Shown: positions 13,476 through 29,494 of the stretch, in pieces
Numbering within the stretch: position 1 is the first letter of the stretch
Layout of the letters: each line of letters begins with the position of its first letter
NCBI RefSeq assembly: GCF_006345805.1
Contig: NC_043007.1
Span: forward strand, 3,596,001-3,660,000
Direction of reading: 5' to 3'
DNA from: Octopus sinensis
Lineage: Eukaryota
DNA length: 64,000 nt
The notes under the pieces: generated by a model
Database searches by the model: none
Seen by the model: the letters and a program-made list of their open reading frames with translations, nothing else
What the model was told of the DNA's origin: nothing
Program-made: the position numbers and the translations under genes

Positions 13476-13750
13476 GAGCCAGTAGAATCGAGGCACATCA
13501 ACTTATAGGGCGCCGGAATAGCTAGGTACGATGACTTAGGGCTCATATATAAAGGACGGCATTATACTATAACTTTAAGCTATAGATGTAGGCACAGTCG
13601 TGATTCTGTGGTAAAGAAGCTCGATTTATGACCATATGGATTCTTGTTCAATCCCACTGCACAGCACCTTGGCCAAATGTCTTCTACTATAGCCCAGAGT
13701 CAACCAATACCTTGTATGTGAATTTGTTGGATGGTAACTGTGTGGAACTC

Positions 13751-13800
<50 letters not shown>

Positions 13801-14951
13801 TGTGTTAGCGTGCGTGTGTGACCATACATGCATATATTTATATCATCAGCATCCTCACTACCACTTGATAACCGGTATTGGTTTATTGACACCCCTTAAT
13901 CTAGCAGCTCAGCAAAATGCACCGATAGAATAAGAACCAGATTATATTCAACAATGTCTGTTACTACCCAAGAAAACTAGAACTTTTTTTTACAGAAAAT
14001 GGAAACCGGTCCTCCAAAACCGAAAGTTTGTTTGTATATCTTTTACCGAGAAGTGTAGAAAATGACTGATTGGTTAATTGAATGAGTGATTGATGTATAC
14101 GCGTGAGCGTGTGTGTGTGTGTGTGTGTGTGTGTCTATCTCCCATTTGAAAGCTTTCGAATGAACAGATAAAACGATAAATTCAAATATAAACATGGTGG
14201 TTTGTATCATGTAAGCAATCACAATTTTCATGAACTTGAGTCCACGAACTTATTGCTAAAAAACGGATGTTTTACTGTTGAATACCGCATATAAATGGTA
14301 GCTTCAAAATCTACTCATCGCATATTCAATTTCCATTAAGAGGCAACAATGCAACGAACATCAGTCGTGTGAAATTGGCCTCTTTGATGATCAATGACTG
14401 TGTGTGTGTCTCTGTGTGTCTCTGCGTGTTTGTGTGTGTGCACATAGGAACATATGTATTTAGGTGTGCGTTTGTGATTATGTGTATGTGTGTTTGTAAT
14501 TCCGTTTATTGGAGCGTAAATAATGTTATTCTTTTGATCTGCAAAGTAAGCTGGCGAACGTTGAAAAATCTATCACATTTCTGCGATTCTTGTCATTGAA
14601 CCGACTGCTTTGTTACCAAATACAAAGAATAAAGATTTCTGTGCTTTCGGGAGAAAAAAAAATTATATTCATCAGACAAATATCAGCAAGAAATTTCCGT
14701 AGGAAGTCTTTTAAAGAGCAGCGATGGAGAGCGATAAAAAGTCCATTGTCCTTAATGAAAGTAAAAAATAGAGAGAGAAAGAGAGAGAGAGAGAAAAGAC
14801 AGAGAGACAGAGAGAAAGAGTGAGTGAGAGAGAGAGAGAGACAGAGAAAGAGTGGGTGAGAGAAAGAGAGAGAATTAATACAAACAATATATTTTAATAA
14901 CGATAGTTACTAGACAGAAAATGTTACTAATGTACTCATATGCAGAATATC

Positions 14952-14982
<31 letters not shown>

Positions 14983-15399
14983 CATAAATTGAACTCCGTC
15001 AGTTTCGACGATGTCTATTTACTTAACTAATCAACTAATCGACCGGTTGAATTGTGGGTGAGTATTCTACAGAAATGTGTATCTCTAAGATAATCCTCAT
15101 GGTATGCTCAAAGATGCCAGATAAGATGTTATGCACAAGATGCCAGATAATGGCATCGGACGAAGTTCTCGTGTTTGCGAATGCTAATACAATCTGATGC
15201 AAAATATAAACGACAATGGATGCAGAAACGGATGCATCGAATGCTTAAGACTATTCGGCCTCTCATCAGAATGAAGAGACGTGCAGATAGCTTCTTGTTT
15301 GTTATTTTAAGCGTTTCCAATTCCCTCATGCATATGTGTGTGTGTGTCAATCTATGCATATGTCTATGCGTATCTGCGCACGCGTGTGTGTGTGTGTAG

Positions 15400-15725
15400 T
15401 GAAGGCGCATGGCTTAGTGGTTAGGGGTATTCGGTTCACGATCATAGGTCATAAGTTCAACAGTGACATGCTGTGTTCTTTGGAAAGATACTTTATTTCA
15501 CGTTGCTCTATTCCATTCAGTTGGCAAAAATGAGTGGTGCTTGTAATTCAAACGGAGCCATCCCTGTCACATTCTGTGTCATGCTGAATCTCTCTGAGGA
15601 CTATGTTAAGAGGGTATGCCTGTTTGTGGAGTACTCAGCCACTTACGTGTTAATTTTATGAGTAGGCTGTTCCATTGATCGGATCAACGGGAACACACGT
15701 CGGCGCAACCGATGGAGTACCAGTT
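15400..15725 (+). mobile_element. SINE family C (tRNA head, V-like central domain)
   Basis: ggcgcatggcttagtggttagg head and gatactttatttcacgttgctct..cagttggcaaaaatgagt body; relatives at 33115 and 58010. Confidence 0.7.
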
Positions 15726-15902
15726 TATAAGTTTGTGTATATAAAATACATATGTGTGTGTGCCAGTCTGTGTGTGTGCGTTCATGGAAACAGCCGTTTT
15801 TTAGACATATATTGAAAACCTAGGTATATGTTCAAATTTAATCGTTTTCTTTTTATTAAAATATTTTGATGTCTGCGTATCGGCAAATAATTCGCTTACT
15901 TT

Positions 15903-15941
15903 ATCAACATTTCCAGGCTATCTCAGCCTGATCTTCAGGAT
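15903..15941 (-). ncRNA. Minimal type I hammerhead ribozyme-like motif
   Basis: ATC-CTGAAGA-TCAGGCT(GAGAT)AGCCTGG-GAAA pattern with 6-bp stem II; stem III is a probable CpG-decayed ACGT; stem I is ATC/GAT. Confidence 0.5.
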
Positions 15942-16739
15942 GTGCAAAGCTATTCACTTTCGTTCTGACTTTTTTTTAAAGCAATAACTAATTTTTATGT
16001 TATTTCTATTGAATATGTTTCAATATTTGTTATTGTTAGAGACGTGCTTATATAACATTTTTTTCTTTACAAAATTGGTGTTGGTTCGGCAAAAATAGAA
16101 CTTATAAAGTGGTTAATACCTTATTAGTTTTATGCTTCTTTCCTTCGTTTTTTTAATTTTTATAGTTTGCTGTAATTATTTAATAAATGATGAATGTTTA
16201 TCGCTGCATCTCCATGTCTTAAGGTTCCATTATGATAAGTTGCTGCATTATAAAAAGAATTATTAAAATTTAGAAATAAATTTTTAATTTTATCTTATGA
16301 AATATTAAATAACCGGATAACAATATGTTTTGCAAAATTATTTAACATGCTTGGGGTGATAAGATTTGATGCTGATAACCTGCAATATTTCAGTGAGTTT
16401 CCTGTGGCGGGGGTGGTATCTGCTATTCGCTAAATTTTAGCAATTATCCAGAGATTTAATTCTACTAAAATTCCTTAAATAATTCAGTGCAGTTTTTATC
16501 GAAAACCTGCCAGCTGGTTGATTGTTCATCTGCATATTCCCCCATATTCGCTTGCACCTTTTCTAATGCTCAATAAGCAGAAAGTTGTAATTCGGAGAAT
16601 CGATTAAACCTCAGCTTTTAATTTATGACATTGTATCGTTCTATTTTATTGAGTACTTCTATTTGTGTATACTATCGAGCATTCATATTCCTTGTGCGTG
16701 CTGCATTTACATACATACGTACATATATACATACATATA

Positions 16740-16776
<37 letters not shown>

Positions 16777-16865
16777 ATGTATGTATGTATGTATGTATGT
16801 ATGTATGTATGTATGTATGTATGTATGTATGTATGTATGTATATACACTTGTTGTTATGTCCTGC

Positions 16866-16912
<47 letters not shown>

Positions 16913-16929
16913 TATTATTATTGCATTTA

Positions 16930-17430
16930 TTATTGTATTTATATTTTTGTAACTTTGTCCGTTTTTTCCGTCCTTGTTTTTGTATACATTCGCTGCTTTC
17001 TTCCAAGGAATCTAATTCTCTTAGCTTAGATTTTCCTTGGGCTGGCCAGATTGGAGCAATCTTTAGAATAATCAGTCGAAACTGCGAGGATGACTGAGGG
17101 TAGAAGACTTCGATTGACCCGTCCTTGTTTTCTTTGTATCGTTTATCTGGATGTTTTGTTCTCCCTTTTTGTATCATCTAGCTGTCCGGATGTTTTGCAT
17201 TCTCCCTTTTTTTAAATATATATATATATATATTCGCCATGCTTGACTGCTAAATCTACAAGTTTTTTTCATTCTCTCTCTGTTTATTTTCTCTTATTCC
17301 TTTCTGTTGAAGAGCGTAGGCTCGAAACGTAAAATATTTTTTCATTTTCCCGAGCGTCAAACTATTACACCTGCTTGTTGTTCATACACCTGTTTTCGTC
17401 TTTTGTTTCTCTATAAATTTCAGCTACATA
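16930..17430 (+). mobile_element. Penelope-like terminal region with structured RNA motifs
   Basis: Triple hairpin at 17003-17097 and gaagagcgtaggctcgaaacgt motif at 17300-17334; microsatellite flanks. Confidence 0.55.
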
Positions 17431-18142
17431 TATGTGTGTGTGTGTGCGTACGCATGTCTGTCTGTCTGTCTGTATGTTATGTATGTTTTTATGTATGCAT
17501 TGATGTATGTGTATGTAGGTATGTATTTATGTATGTATATTTGCATCTAGAGCACTCGAGCACTCGTATTACACCAACGTCCCACACTCCCACAAATATC
17601 AACGTATGTCTCTCACATGTTATTTCGAAAATATTCAACCTGATAAACGAAACTATCCGCGTTTATCAACTTGTGTTAGCTGCAAAATACCCAATACATT
17701 GAAGTTTACGTTATAAAGGCCTGTCGGTGCAAATCAGAGCATTTGTTTCATTGTTCTTTATGAAGAAAAAAACGATCGATCTTCGACATTGTTACAAGAT
17801 CTGAAGAAATCTCAGTTACATCTCCTTCAGAGCACACCCTGCTGTTATAAAAATAACACACTGGTTTATACAGTCCAGGCTATACAATGATAACTAAGAG
17901 CATTTAGTGATTTGGACTGCTTTCGATTTGTTTCTTTCTTATACTTGCCTCATCATTAAAATATATCTTTTCTCGCAGTTGCCATTTCGCTGATATAAAG
18001 CCAAAACGTATTCGTAACTGCCTTCCATTATTGCCGGTCAATTGAAACAAATAGTTATCGTTGATTAATACACCGTTATTGTTATCACATATATATTTCT
18101 GGTTGTAGATATGCTGGTGATAAAGATAAGTATGACGACGAA

Positions 18143-18374
18143 GGCGGCGAGCTGGCAGAATCGTTAGCACGTCGGGCGAAATCCCTTGCTGTATTCCGTC
18201 TGCCGTTACGTTCTGAGTTCAAATTCCGCCGAGGTCGACTTTGCCTTTCATCCTTTCGGAGTCGATTAAATAAGTACAAGTTACGCACTGGGGTCGATGT
18301 AATCGACTTAATCCGTTTGTCTGTCCTTGTTTGTCCCCTCTGTGTTTAGCCCCTTGTGGGCAATAAAGAAATAG
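18143..18374 (+). mobile_element. Full-length SINE family A with 19-bp TSD
   Basis: TSD aagataagtatgacgacga (18123-18141) / aagatgagtatgacgatga (18375-18393), 17 of 19 identical. Confidence 0.92.
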
Positions 18375-18991
18375 AAGATGAGTATGACGATGATTCTAGT
18401 AATAGTCTCTTCATATTGGTATGGTTTTAAACCGGATGAAAGATTAACCAAGTCTACAACCCATAGCTTTTGTCTCCCTACCTAATTTCATTCACTAATT
18501 TTCATATTCAACTGCAATGTGACAATCGAACCAGGAACCAAATTTCACAGCAAACTTCTTAAACTGACGCTTCTGACTCTGCGCAAACTTATCTTAGCAC
18601 CGCAATTTCAAATCTTTTATAAGTTGATATTGGCTTTAATTCAGTTCAGGAATTATCCATTCCTTGACTCTCTTCTGTAACCAATGAATTATTCCACGAA
18701 TTACCAGCACAATTATTTTCGAATTCTTGTGTTTTTGGCATTAATTTTGGTCTCTGTGTGTCTACTGTTTCCATCCGCCAGTAAATTGGTGTGAGCAGTA
18801 AACATTTAAACTTAAACAGACAAGAAAGAAATCTGTTTGGAACCACGACCATAATTATAAATTTCCTGTGAGAAACAGCCAAAGCGTGAAATTAATTTAG
18901 CGCTTAAATAATACAGTAATCATTTTTGTTTCTTTCACTTACCACTTTTTCTTCTGTTTTGTTTCGTTATTCGTGTGTTTTTTTTTATATA

Positions 18992-19027
<36 letters not shown>

Positions 19028-19097
19028 TATGACAAAAATCGCGTTACTATGTAAATTAATGTATTGTGTGTATTAGACAGAAACGCGACTGTTGGGC

Positions 19098-19149
<52 letters not shown>

Positions 19150-19840
19150 ACTTTACTTATTGATTTGCTTTTATCCATTCTATTCTTTTTAATCCTCGGC
19201 TGAAGTGAAGATGTTCCGCTCAGAAGAAGCAACTAATCCACTTCATATGTGTTGTTCTTTTGACTGAAAACCTCCGGCTTTTTATGCGCGTAGCGTAGCA
19301 AAGAGAAAAGGAGAGAAAATGAGATAAAAGGAGAGAAAGCAGAGAGAGTTCCATCTGGAGGATCGATATATCTTGAATGGTTTGGTAGGTAATTTGAAAA
19401 TTTTGTTTAGATTACTTTAATTCGTAGGATAGATGCAGAGAAAAAATAAGCTCTTGTTCAATAACTAAGGCTCTAAAATATTTGAAATTGCGAGAGAGCG
19501 ATTTCGATCCTCCACTGGTTTATGTCATTTAATTTTAGTTCATACATACTGATGATAGAATTGGCTGAAGGAAAGAGAGGAATGAACATCACAACTCGCT
19601 CTCTTTGGACTTCCTACTGAAATGCAAATGGTTTATGTAAAAGTGAATATATTTCTTTCAAAGCATTGAGTTAGAAATATTGTTTTCATTTTCTTTGCCA
19701 CAAGGACAGCAATTTGTGGGGAGAGTAATAGTACTTGTCTGGTACTTAACTTATTGACCCTGAAAGGATGAAAAGCAAAGTCGAACTCAGAACGTAGCGC
19801 CAGACGAAATGCCGATTTCTATTTCTTTACTACCCACAAG

Positions 19841-21629
<1,789 letters not shown>

Positions 21630-21663
21630 CTCTCGAGTTGATTGCTTTATTTCTCTTTTGCAG

Positions 21664-21696
21664 ACTTTGCATTAATCGACTCTTGGGAGGCATTGT
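21664..21696 (+). CDS. Candidate 33-nt symmetric micro-exon ((D)FALIDSWEAL)
   Basis: Acceptor ttgctttatttctcttttgcag and donor TGT|gtaagt are both near-consensus; length is divisible by 3. No homology recognised. Confidence 0.3.
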
Positions 21697-22059
21697 GTAA
21701 GTCTTGGTGTCTCGTCAATACAGACGAGTTAATAATATGGAAGAAATTGCCTGTTGAGATAACACCATTTAATTAAGTTTACAATTGTTTTGGTGTTAAC
21801 GACCTGTTCGTTATATACTCGGCATTGATTGTTCCAGCCAGTCTGGTCTGTATTTTCCAATTTGTGTTAAGCCACAAGCCAGCAAATTCAGAATTGTTGT
21901 GGTCGCTCGATCGTCTTCGAGTAACGGCTAAATTCCCCTCGATTCATATCTTGCCATCTTTGAAAGGAAGGGTGTATTGCAATGTGTAAGAGTTCGTCTG
22001 CCAACGTTAACAATTACCTAACGGCAGCCATAGGTAGTGAAAGATACGAGCGAATTAAG

Positions 22060-22115
22060 TGAAAGAGAGAGGAGGGAGAAAGAGAGGAGGAGGAGAAAGG
22101 GAGAAAGGAAGGAAG

Positions 22116-22161
<46 letters not shown>

Positions 22162-22460
22162 AAAAGAAACGGAAGGAAAACGAAATAAAAAATGCAAGAA
22201 AGAAAGAAGGAAAGAAAGAAAGAAAGAAAGAAAGAACAGAAAGAAACGGAAGGAAAACGAAAGAAAGAAAGAAAGAAAGAAAGAGAATGCAGAAAAATGA
22301 AAGAAAAAGAAAGAGAAGGAATGAAAGAAAAATGAAAGAACAGAAGGAACGGAAAAAGAAGAAGAAGAAGAAGAAGAAGAAGAAGAAGAAGAAGAAGAAG
22401 AGAAGAAGAAGAAGAAGAAGAAGAAGAAGAAGAAGAAGAAGAAGAAGAAGAAGAAGAAAA
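22060..22460. repeat. Polypurine (GAAA)n/(GAA)n tract
   Basis: Read directly from sequence; source of the K/R/E-rich ORFs. Confidence 0.95.
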
Positions 22461-22573
22461 GAAGAACACTTTCCATACAATAACCATCAGAGCATCACAA
22501 CAATCACAGCACATACCCCAGGCACCACAGAGCTGCGCTCGGTAGTGAAGTGAAGCACGATATAAAATAAACA

Positions 22574-22622
<49 letters not shown>

Positions 22623-23242
22623 TAATAATAATAATAATAATAATAATAGGCTGAAAGTAGTATTTAATAAATTCATCGGCACAACATACCTTTTCTTAAG
22701 ATTACTTAATATTTTTGTATTAAAAATGCTTGGAATGAATGTATCCGAAGAGAATTGAGTATGAAGGTAAGATCGATATTAATGGTTTTTTATGCTTTAT
22801 GGAGGTTAAAACAATAAAGAAATTCTTTATTTAAAAGTTGAAGATTTCTCTGTTATTCTACTAAAGCACTGGAGATTTTGTGCTATCGATATCGATTTAT
22901 TAAAAGTTATTTATTAAAAGTTGTTCATATTTATGACTTGTGACAAGAAATGCGAAAAGAAAAAAAAGGCTGTGGAATTTATTGGATGCAATATACTTAC
23001 TTTGGTTTATATGTGAATGATATGGCCACGAAACCCCTCCAAATATTTCTTTCTGTCTTTGAAAGGGAGATGAATTCTTGGCCCTCCTCTCTTTAGCTGA
23101 ATTATCTGATGAAATATGCAAACAGTAAATATGTATGGCTAATTTAGCGGAACAGCAAAGCAAGATTATATACATACATATATACAAAGCCTTGTGAGTG
23201 GATTTGGTAGACGGAAACTGAAAGAAGCCCGTCGTATATATG

Positions 23243-23275
<33 letters not shown>

Positions 23276-23502
23276 TTGTATGTCTGTGTTTGTCCCTGTA
23301 GCATTGCTTGACAATCGATGCTGGTGTGTTTATGTCCCCGTCACTTAGCGTTTCGGCAAAAGAGACCGATAGAATAAGTACTGGGCTTACAAAGAATAAG
23401 TCCCGGGTCAAGTTGCTCGATTAAAAGGTGGTGCTCCAGCATAGCCGCAGTCAAATGACCGAAACAAGTAAAAGAGTAAAAGAGTAAAGAGTATATATAT
23501 AT

Positions 23503-23533
<31 letters not shown>

Positions 23534-23654
23534 GGGGGAGATGATTAAACCTGAGGAGTTGGGAAATAACTAACGTATTACATAATCTTATGAATGTTGT
23601 GCATACTGCACATCTGATTGTGCCATGTTTACGTCACAATAAAGACTTTTGAGG

Positions 23655-23815
23655 CACAGGAGTGACTGTGTGGTAAGAAGCTTGCTTCCCGACCACATGG
23701 TTCCGGGTTCAGTTCCACTGAGTGGGACCTTGGGCAACTGTCTTCTATTATAGCCTTGGACCAGCCAAAGTTCTTGTGAGTGGATTTGGTAGACGGAAAT
23801 TGAAAGGAGCCTGTC

Positions 23816-23894
<79 letters not shown>

Positions 23895-24775
23895 TGCGTG
23901 TGTGTGTGTGTGTAGGAGAAGAAAATGGATGTAATAAAAGGGGAGACTCGTCGTCTTTGCTGGTATGCCTTTAATTTAATCAGAAAACAAAGAAGGAAGC
24001 AAAGATGGAGGTAGTATTTACGATCGTTTCGATTTGCTAGTTTTAGTAAATCCTTTCAGAATGCGAAAATAGATAGGTACATCGGTTAGGATGCGAAAAT
24101 AATTGATACATATGTGATGGTAATAGAAGGAAAGATAGTAAATCTTACATTAAATTTTGTTCTTGCGCTGGTAATTTCGCAGGGGAGAAGTTTCATTGCA
24201 AAAGACTTGTTGGGCAATTAGACCGGGGTGAATATTATTTTGGTGTGGGTTTCTGAGTTTGACTAAGCGCATTCAAATTAAAGCTAATTAAATTAAAGGC
24301 ATACCAGCGAAAACGACGAGTCTCCCTTTGTTATTATATCCATTTTCTTCTCCTACATAACCTAAACAACGATCTACCAACCGAACCACCTTCTACCGTA
24401 CAACTTTACAAAAGACTGTACCTTCCCAGGTAATAACCAGGAACGACTTTGGATTTAATTATCCCTTAGATGTATTAAACTCCTCTAACTGATACCCACA
24501 CAATATGTATATATATATAATATATATGTATGTGTGTACGTATGTATGTATGTGTGTATATATGTATTTGTGTGTCTATGCTTGTCTCCCACCATCGCTT
24601 GACAACCGATGTCGGTGTGTTTATGTCTCCGTAACTTAGCGGTTCGGTAAAAGAGACCGATATATTAAGTAGTACTAGGCTCACAACGAATAAGTCCTGG
24701 GGTCGATTTGTTCGATTAAAGGTGGTGCTCCAGTATGGCCACAGTGAAATGACTGAAACAAGTAAAAGAGAGCAA
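23655..24775 (+). mobile_element. SINE family B split at its internal microsatellite
   Basis: 5' half 23655-23820, then (TA)n, insertion 23911-24480, then 3' half 24510-24775. Confidence 0.75.
23911..24357. mobile_element. Element with ~70-bp terminal inverted arms and an internal degenerate HHR (PLE-like)
   Basis: Arms 23911-23980 / 24287-24357. Minus-strand ATT-CTGAAAG-GATTT..AAATC-GAAAC-GATC-GTA-AAT at 24016-24062. Confidence 0.6.
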
Positions 24776-26479
24776 AGAGTATATTCATGGGTCCTCTGGC
24801 ACCAGTTCCAGATAACCCATTCGTCTGTCCTCATTATGCTTTTATGCCACGCTTACGGTTCTACCCATCTCTGGATACTTCGGGATACCACTGGAGTTAC
24901 GGATTACCAAACAAGAGTAAATTTCCCTTCATCACTGCATTCCGTGCTATGATAATGGAATATTATTTAACTGCCTGATTTACGTTCTTCTGCCTCGCCA
25001 ATAATTATGGCGTGCTTCGCTTTGGTATGTCTTCATTCGATATTGAATCGCTTTAATTAAATGCATACATATCCGTCGTTTGTATCTCATTGTCTGCTTG
25101 CTAATCTTCACTCCATCTCACTAAGTACAACCTATGTCTTTCGCCCATCCCATCCTCTCTCCACCCTCTTTCTTCTCTCCCCCTTCTTCCTACTACTACA
25201 CTTTAAAGGGACTGAAAATATATACATCTATGTGTGTGTATGTGTGTGTATGTATGTATATGTATGTACGTACGTATGTATGTATGTATGTATGTATATA
25301 TGTATATATTTGTGTATGTATGTGTGTATATATATATATGTATGTATTTGTGTATATATCTATGTATGTGTGTATGTATGTGTATGTATGTGTGTGTATG
25401 TTTGTATATATGTGTGTGTGTATGTATGTATATGTATGTACGTACGTATGTATGTATGTATGTATATATGTATATATTTGTGTATGTATGTGTGTGTATT
25501 TATATATATATATATATATGTGTATGTATGTATGTATGTGTGTATGTATGTGTATGTATGTGTGTGTATGTTTGTATATATGTGTGTGTATGTATGTATG
25601 TATATATGTGTGTGTATTTATATATATATATATATGTGTATGTGTATGTATGTATGTGTGTATGTATATGTGTGTATGTATGTATGTATGTATGTATGTA
25701 TGTATGTATGTATGTATGTATGTATGTATGTATATATGTATGTGCATGTATGTATATATGTATGTGCATATTTGTATGTATGCATGTATATATATATGTG
25801 TGTATGTATGTATGTATGTATGTATGTATTTAATGCATTTACTGGGTGCAATAATTTTCAGCTTTGTTAAAATTGAAGATTTCCATGAATTTAAGCTCTT
25901 ATAATAATTAGTACCTCGATTTTAATTAATTAATTACTGCGCCTATAATTTTGTTATAGAGTATTCTATAATGCCGGTGTAGGTCATGTATGTATGTATT
26001 TACGTATGTGTGCATGTTTTTATGTATGCATGCATGCATGTATGTATTATTTACGCATGTATGCATATATGTAGACATGAATGCATGTGTGTATGCATGT
26101 ATGTAAGTATTATGTATGGATGCATGCATGAATGCAACCAGGTTTATGATGTTAGATACTTCTTACTTCGCAGAATTTTGCTTCTACAATCATGGCTAAC
26201 ACTGAAAACAATACCATTGATACCGAAAATAGCAGCTTTACACCAAAATCGGTGAGCTAAGACGAATGTAGATATTCTTCGACGTCACTTTACATTTAAA
26301 TCAAGATTTATTTAGAAGCCACCAAAAAAAGTGTGAAAATTCTTTTACTAGATATATTCAGTAAAAGAATTTACTGGAAATAAATCAGTTAAAGAATTAC
26401 TGGAACGAAATTTACTCAAATCCAACATTTCAAAAGTAAACAGTTTCGCCATCATACATCTTTGTTTTCCCTCCAAAAA

Positions 26480-27800
26480 AAAATTGCTGCCAGCGACAGT
26501 AATTTTTATTTAAACTCTTGTGATGTTGACCGATTTTCAAAAGACGTCTAAGACCAACAAAAGATGTTGAAAGTCTTTTCTTTTGTAGATTTTGCTTCAA
26601 TGCCAAAGAAAAACCACCCCACAGAGGCTGTTGCAGGATGAATTGCGAAAATCAAGTTACAAAGATTGAAGAGAGTTCTTGCATGGCATCAATAAGATCA
26701 TTGATATAAATGTGAAGTATTAAACTACATACAATTCGCTTTTTAAAATTTTCCAGTAAATATATAACATTTAGTTAATTCAGTAAACGAAAGTCACTTA
26801 AAGAATTTAATGCATTTACTGGGTGCAATAACATTCAGCTTTGTTAAAATCGAAAATTTCCATGAATTTAAGCTCTTCTAATGATGAGTACCTTGATTTT
26901 AATTGGTTAATTACTGCGCCTATAATTTTGTTATAGAGTATTCTATAATGCTGTTGTGGGTCAATAGATTTATCCCTGGATTCTTAATTTGGACCTCTAC
27001 AATCAATATCATATTTTCCCTATAGCATTCCATAAAACAGAAAAAAACTGTCCACTTTATTTTCTTGCACGTTTCTAGTTTTATCTGCTCTTCATAATAC
27101 AGAGTATCAAGTCTTTTAGTTTAAATAATGTTACATATGACATCAGGAAAGGAAAATAAAGCCACGAAATTACAGAAGAATTCTTTTGTAGAATTTATAG
27201 TTTGTCGCATCTCATGCTTCAGACTTCTCAATAATGTCTTCAGAAAGAGTAATCAGGAAATTGCAATTTTCTTTTGTAGTATTAATGAGACGTGAATGCC
27301 AATTCCACCTATTTGCTGCTATTTTGAGAATTCTTTTTTAAACAATGCAATATAACGCATTGGCACTATTAAATGAGTTCGTAAAAAACATACCCAGTCC
27401 GTTTATTGCAGAAAAAAACATTTTGCATCCTTTTATAGTAGAGAATATTTGTGAAGGAAGTGAATTTAGTTGACCGCAACCTATTTAATTATCCAGCCGT
27501 TGTAACAGCACCGCTCTGTGCCATCAATTTGTGTTCACACTTCTACATTTCAATGCATTTAAAAACCTGTTCGGATAAAATGTTTGCTGAACGGTCTGCA
27601 CTGACCTCTAACAACGTTAAAGACTGATAAATTGATTTTTTAGGCACGCAATCTTTTGTAACATGACACAAAGCAATTGACAATTGCAAAGAGTTCGATG
27701 CCTCGGACGTTTCGTCTCTCAGAATAGCAACAACTTTCGCCTGTTTAACTTAATTTTCTATTTCATTCAACATTACTTTTCGAATAGCACCAATTAAATG
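26480..27800 (-). pseudogene. Degraded hAT transposase (Tip100/ZMYM1-like)
   Basis: Minus strand reads VVAILRDETSEASNSLQLSIAL (first catalytic D region), RWNWHSRLINT (RWNS motif) and IHPATASVGWFSLALK (dimerisation domain); many stops. Confidence 0.85.
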
Positions 27801-27919
27801 ATTTTGAATCCTGTTTGAGAGACCCAAGCAAAATAAGGGCATATCATTTATTATTTTTTCTTGGGTCAGTTTTTCATCATTTTTACTGACTAACTATAAG
27901 AGTTATTCTTTTTTTATTA

Positions 27920-28300
27920 CTCTTTATCTTGTTTCAGGTATTTGACTGCGGCCATGCTGGAGCACCGCCTTTAGTCGAGCAAATCGACCCCAGGACTTAT
28001 TCTTTCTAAGCCTAGTACTTATTCTATCGATCTCTTTTTCCGAACCGCTAAGTTACGCGGACGTAAACACACCAGGATCGGTTGTCAAACGATGTTGGCG
28101 GGGGAATAAACACAGACACACATATATATATACATATATACGACGGGCTTCTTTCAGTTTCCGTCTACCAAATCCACTCACAAGGATTTGGTTGGCCCGA
28201 GGCTATGGTACAAGACACTTGCCCAAGGTGCCACGCAGTGGGACTGAACCCGGAACCATATGTGGTTGGTAAGCAAGCTACTTACCACACAGCCACTCCA
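27920..28300 (-). mobile_element. SINE family B, full length
   Basis: Reverse complement of the 5515 and 29495 copies. Confidence 0.88.
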
Positions 28301-28906
28301 ATTCCCACGACTTGGGGATGCTTTGGATTAAAATTGACCCAGCGACCTAAAACACTAACTGCTTCATCCAATCTTCAAAGAATAAAACTGTTGCATTTAA
28401 TTCCAATGTTATTGTAGGCTCCGTCTTTTATTTGCATCTCGTTGTAACTCTGTGCGAACATTTCCACATATTTGAAGATCCAGTGAGGATTCTATGTCTG
28501 TGAGAACGGTCGTGTCTTATCGTGGTCATATGTAAAATATTTAAATCATTCTAACCTTTATCTTTCCAAACAGTTTGTTTCTCGAAACCAAACAACAAAC
28601 ATGACTCGCAAAATAATTTATTTCGCTAAGTAGTTCCATTTCTTCTTTTATATAAATTAGTTTGATGAAACTTTATTTCAGCGTTGGTTTTCCATCGTTC
28701 GCAGTTAATTGTTTGTCTTCAAAGATTTTACTTATTTTTCTTTTGAAAAACATTTTTTGCTTTTGTATTTCTTTTTTGTTTTGTTTTTTCAAAACACATT
28801 TCAATCATTTGAGCTATTATTTCAAAAGTTCAAAAGATATTTAAGAAATGAATAAAAGATGGCAATGTTTTGATGTGCCTGTACATATGTGTGTATGTGT
28901 GTGTGT

Positions 28907-28946
<40 letters not shown>

Positions 28947-29494
28947 TGCGTGCGCAGGAGGTGTGTTTATGTATGTATGTATGCGGATTTCTGTGAATCG
29001 AACGGTGGGGGGTGCACAAAAACCATCTTCAATAAAACGGAAATTTTAGTTAACGATGGCAATGAAAAGAAAAGTAAGTGCGTGTTCGTTTTGGACTTTA
29101 AATATCAAACAATATTAAATAAATCTTTGTGTTTACCGTTTGAGTTGCCTTTCTCCGTCTGCAATGCTTTCCTGCTTAAATAGTTGATGAGTTTGATTAA
29201 AGTTGCTCAGATTGACGAAGAATTTGGTAAGATGGATCCAATTATTTGTTTCATCTTATAATCCTTTATTCGTTTCAGTTATTAGACTGCGGCCATGCTG
29301 GGGTGCAACCTTATTAATTTTTTTAACAAGTTTCTCTTGGGACCAAAAGTCGGTCATCAATGGCCGTTACTTATTGATTCAGTCGTCATTTGTAGGTCAA
29401 TCGGTTCTCAACGAAATCAGATACGAACAGACGACAAGTAGATTGAAGTACTGACACACAGAGGGAAGAGATCAGAAAGAAAGCTGCATAGGCA

